A DNA stretch of 34,447 nucleotides from Dehalococcoidales bacterium (GTDB taxonomy: Bacteria; Chloroflexota; Dehalococcoidia; Dehalococcoidales; JAUYDJ01): the NCBI GenBank assembly GCA_035528295.1, contig DATKYY010000042.1, positions 1-34,447 on the forward strand, written 5' to 3'. Both the position numbers and the translations under genes were made by a program. Positions 32,987 through 34,447 of the stretch are shown in pieces (position 1 is the first letter of the stretch; each line of letters opens with the position of its first letter). Below the pieces are notes generated by a model. It ran no database searches and was not told where the DNA came from. It worked only from the letters and a program-made list of their open reading frames with translations.

Positions 32987-34447
32987 TTTGATTCCTGGGT
33001 GCTGGTATCAGACCGGAAGACTATGGCCTGGCGCGGGCAGAGTTGCTGGCACAGATAGCAGGTGTCGCCGGCGCACAGGGTAGCTTCAATATAGACCTGG
33101 CCGTCGTCAATCTGAATGGCGGGACAGCCGAGCCGGAGACAGATATTGCACTGGTCGCACTTTTCGGTATCAATAACCAGGGGCCTGGGGCGTGCCGCTG
33201 CCAGGTCGGGGCAGTCGCCACGGACGATAATTACAGAGAGCTCCGGGTTATCCAGCGAAGCCCTTACGCTGGTCCTCAGCGCCTTCAGGTCGAAGGCATT
33301 GAGGACTTTAACATCATTGACCCCGATGCCCCGCACCAGCCGTTCCAGCTCAACTACTTTAGTCTTTTTACCCCGGGCGGTAACACCGGTACCGGGGTGG
33401 CTCTGGTGGCCGGTCATGGCGGTGGTGCGGTTGTCCAAGATTATGATGGTTATTTCGCCTTTATTATAGACACCGTTGACCACGCCGGTGATGCCGGAGT
33501 GCAAAAAAGTGGAATCACCGATGACGGCAACTACTTTATGGCTGACCCCTGCCTTCTCCATGCCTAATGCCTGACCGATGCCGGCACCCATACAGGCGCA
33601 GGTGTCCATGGCAAAGAGCGGGGGGTAGGCACCCAGGGTGTAGCAGCCGATGTCACCGGTAATAATCAGGTTTGACTTGGCCACTTTTTTCACCCTGGAT
33701 TTCACCAGTGCGGAGCGCTGCCCCATACTGCTCAGGGTAAAGAACAGGCCGGTGTAGGGGCAGCCGGCACACAGCAGGGGCGGGCGTTTGGGCAGCTCCG
33801 GGGCGGGCTTGGCGGGCGGGGCCGGTGGCCCGCTGAGCAGGCCGGCACGGTGCGCGGCTTCTTCAATTATCTCCGGGCTTAACTCGCCAAACCGGGGGAT
33901 AAATTCTTTGCCACTGACGGCTATCCCCATTGCCTGAATATTCTCCTGGAGAAAGGGGCTGAGCTCCTCGATAACGATTACTCTATCTACCCCGGCGGCG
34001 AAGCGGCGGATTAGCTCATGGGGGAGGGGGTAGGTCATACCCAGCTTGAGAAAGGAAGCCTGCGGGAAGACCTCGCGGGCATACTGATAGGCAACCCCGC
34101 TGGTGATTATGCCCAGCTGTCTTTCCCCCCGTAGTATCTGGTTAAAGGGAAAGGTCTCGGCATAGCTGGCCAGCTGGGTCAGGCGTTCCTCAAGCAGCGG
34201 GCGCCTCAGCCGGGCATAGACCGGCAGCATGACAAACTTTTCCACATCAGGGGAGAAACCCGGCTCTCGACCGGGCATGGCGCGGCTGCCGGTTACTTTG
34301 ACCACTGATTTAGAGTGGGAGATGCGGGTGGTGGAACGCACCAGCACCGGGGTATCAAATTTTTCACTGATGTCATAGGCGTAAGCCATAAAATCATAGG
34401 CTTCCTGGCTATCGCCTGGCTCCATCATAGGAACTTTAGCGAATTTG
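32983..34447 (-). CDS. iorA: Indolepyruvate:ferredoxin oxidoreductase subunit alpha (N-terminus outside the window)
   Basis: The frame stays open to the window edge (…KFAKVPMMEPGDSQEAYDF…). TPP-binding region GDIGCYTLG...GDSTFLHSG. The C-terminal 2x[4Fe-4S] motifs are CDQCNICLRLGCP and CAGDTCYLCQQLCP. Confidence 0.9.
   Translation of the reverse strand, partial: KFAKVPMMEPGDSQEAYDFMAYAYDISEKFDTPVLVRSTTRISHSKSVVKVTGSRAMPGREPGFSPDVEKFVMLPVYARLRRPLLEERLTQLASYAETFPFNQILRGERQLGIITSGVAYQYAREVFPQASFLKLGMTYPLPHELIRRFAAGVDRVIVIEELSPFLQENIQAMGIAVSGKEFIPRFGELSPEIIEEAAHRAGLLSGPPAPPAKPAPELPKRPPLLCAGCPYTGLFFTLSSMGQRSALVKSRVKKVAKSNLIITGDIGCYTLGAYPPLFAMDTCACMGAGIGQALGMEKAGVSHKVVAVIGDSTFLHSGITGVVNGVYNKGEITIIILDNRTTAMTGHQSHPGTGVTARGKKTKVVELERLVRGIGVNDVKVLNAFDLKALRTSVRASLDNPELSVIIVRGDCPDLAAARPRPLVIDTEKCDQCNICLRLGCPAIQIDDGQVYIEATLCAGDTCYLCQQLCPRQAIVFRSDTSTQESK

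Noticed and set aside
1-34447. Scan for CRISPR arrays, IS elements, integrases, prophage genes, rRNA and tRNA genes, and toxin-antitoxin pairs
   Set aside because: I saw none of the following: regularly spaced repeats of 24-40 bp, transposase/integrase/reverse-transcriptase-like ORFs, tRNA cloverleaf candidates or rRNA-like conserved blocks. The GNATs do not have the RHH-antitoxin partner arrangement.

Overview
This is a 34.4-kb chromosomal window from what looks like an anaerobic bacterium. The gene content and a T-box-controlled trp operon fit a Chloroflexota/Dehalococcoidia-like or Firmicutes-like lineage, but the taxonomy is inference only. From 5' to 3' the window contains the following.

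- **0-3.2 kb:** the tail of a membrane protein gene, an ICMT-family methyltransferase, an orphan 295-aa protein and a Na+/H+-type antiporter (minus strand).
- **3.3-10.1 kb:** a consensus promoter, a tRNA-Trp T-box leader and a translationally coupled trpEGDCFBA operon.
- **10.1-11.5 kb:** a visibly AT-richer minus-strand mini-operon. It encodes a NarL-type response regulator, a 79-aa membrane protein, a stand-alone ATP-synthase c-subunit homolog and a 36-aa membrane peptide.
- **11.8-14.4 kb:** a divergent NarL-type regulator plus a cytoplasmic multi-PAS HisKA_3 kinase with a Cys-rich first PAS domain.
- **14.4-20.1 kb:** a patch of small or poorly characterised genes. These are two GNATs, several sub-60-aa ORFs missing from the supplied track, a DUF350 plus secreted transglutaminase-like pair, and a double zinc-ribbon plus RRM RNA-binding pair.
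- **20.1-23.0 kb:** a COG2984/COG4120/COG1101-type ABC importer, the family often predicted to take up Trp/Tyr.
- **23.2-34.4 kb:** an aryl-acid/aromatic amino-acid cluster. A LIV-type ABC transporter is interleaved with an AMP-forming acyl-CoA ligase and a PaaK-like protein whose P-loop is degenerate. Upstream lie a PaaI-type thioesterase and indolepyruvate:ferredoxin oxidoreductase iorBA; iorA is truncated by the window edge.

I saw no rRNA, tRNA, CRISPR array, transposase, integrase or phage genes. The three most unusual items are:

1. the orphan c-subunit mini-operon tied to a two-component system;
2. an attenuator-like leader (promoter, hairpin, GGGAGG antiterminator element, intrinsic terminator and a 28-codon uORF) in front of the ligase/ABC operon;
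3. the central cluster of small membrane, zinc-ribbon, DUF350 and transglutaminase genes.

All functional calls come from motif recognition by eye. No database search was run.
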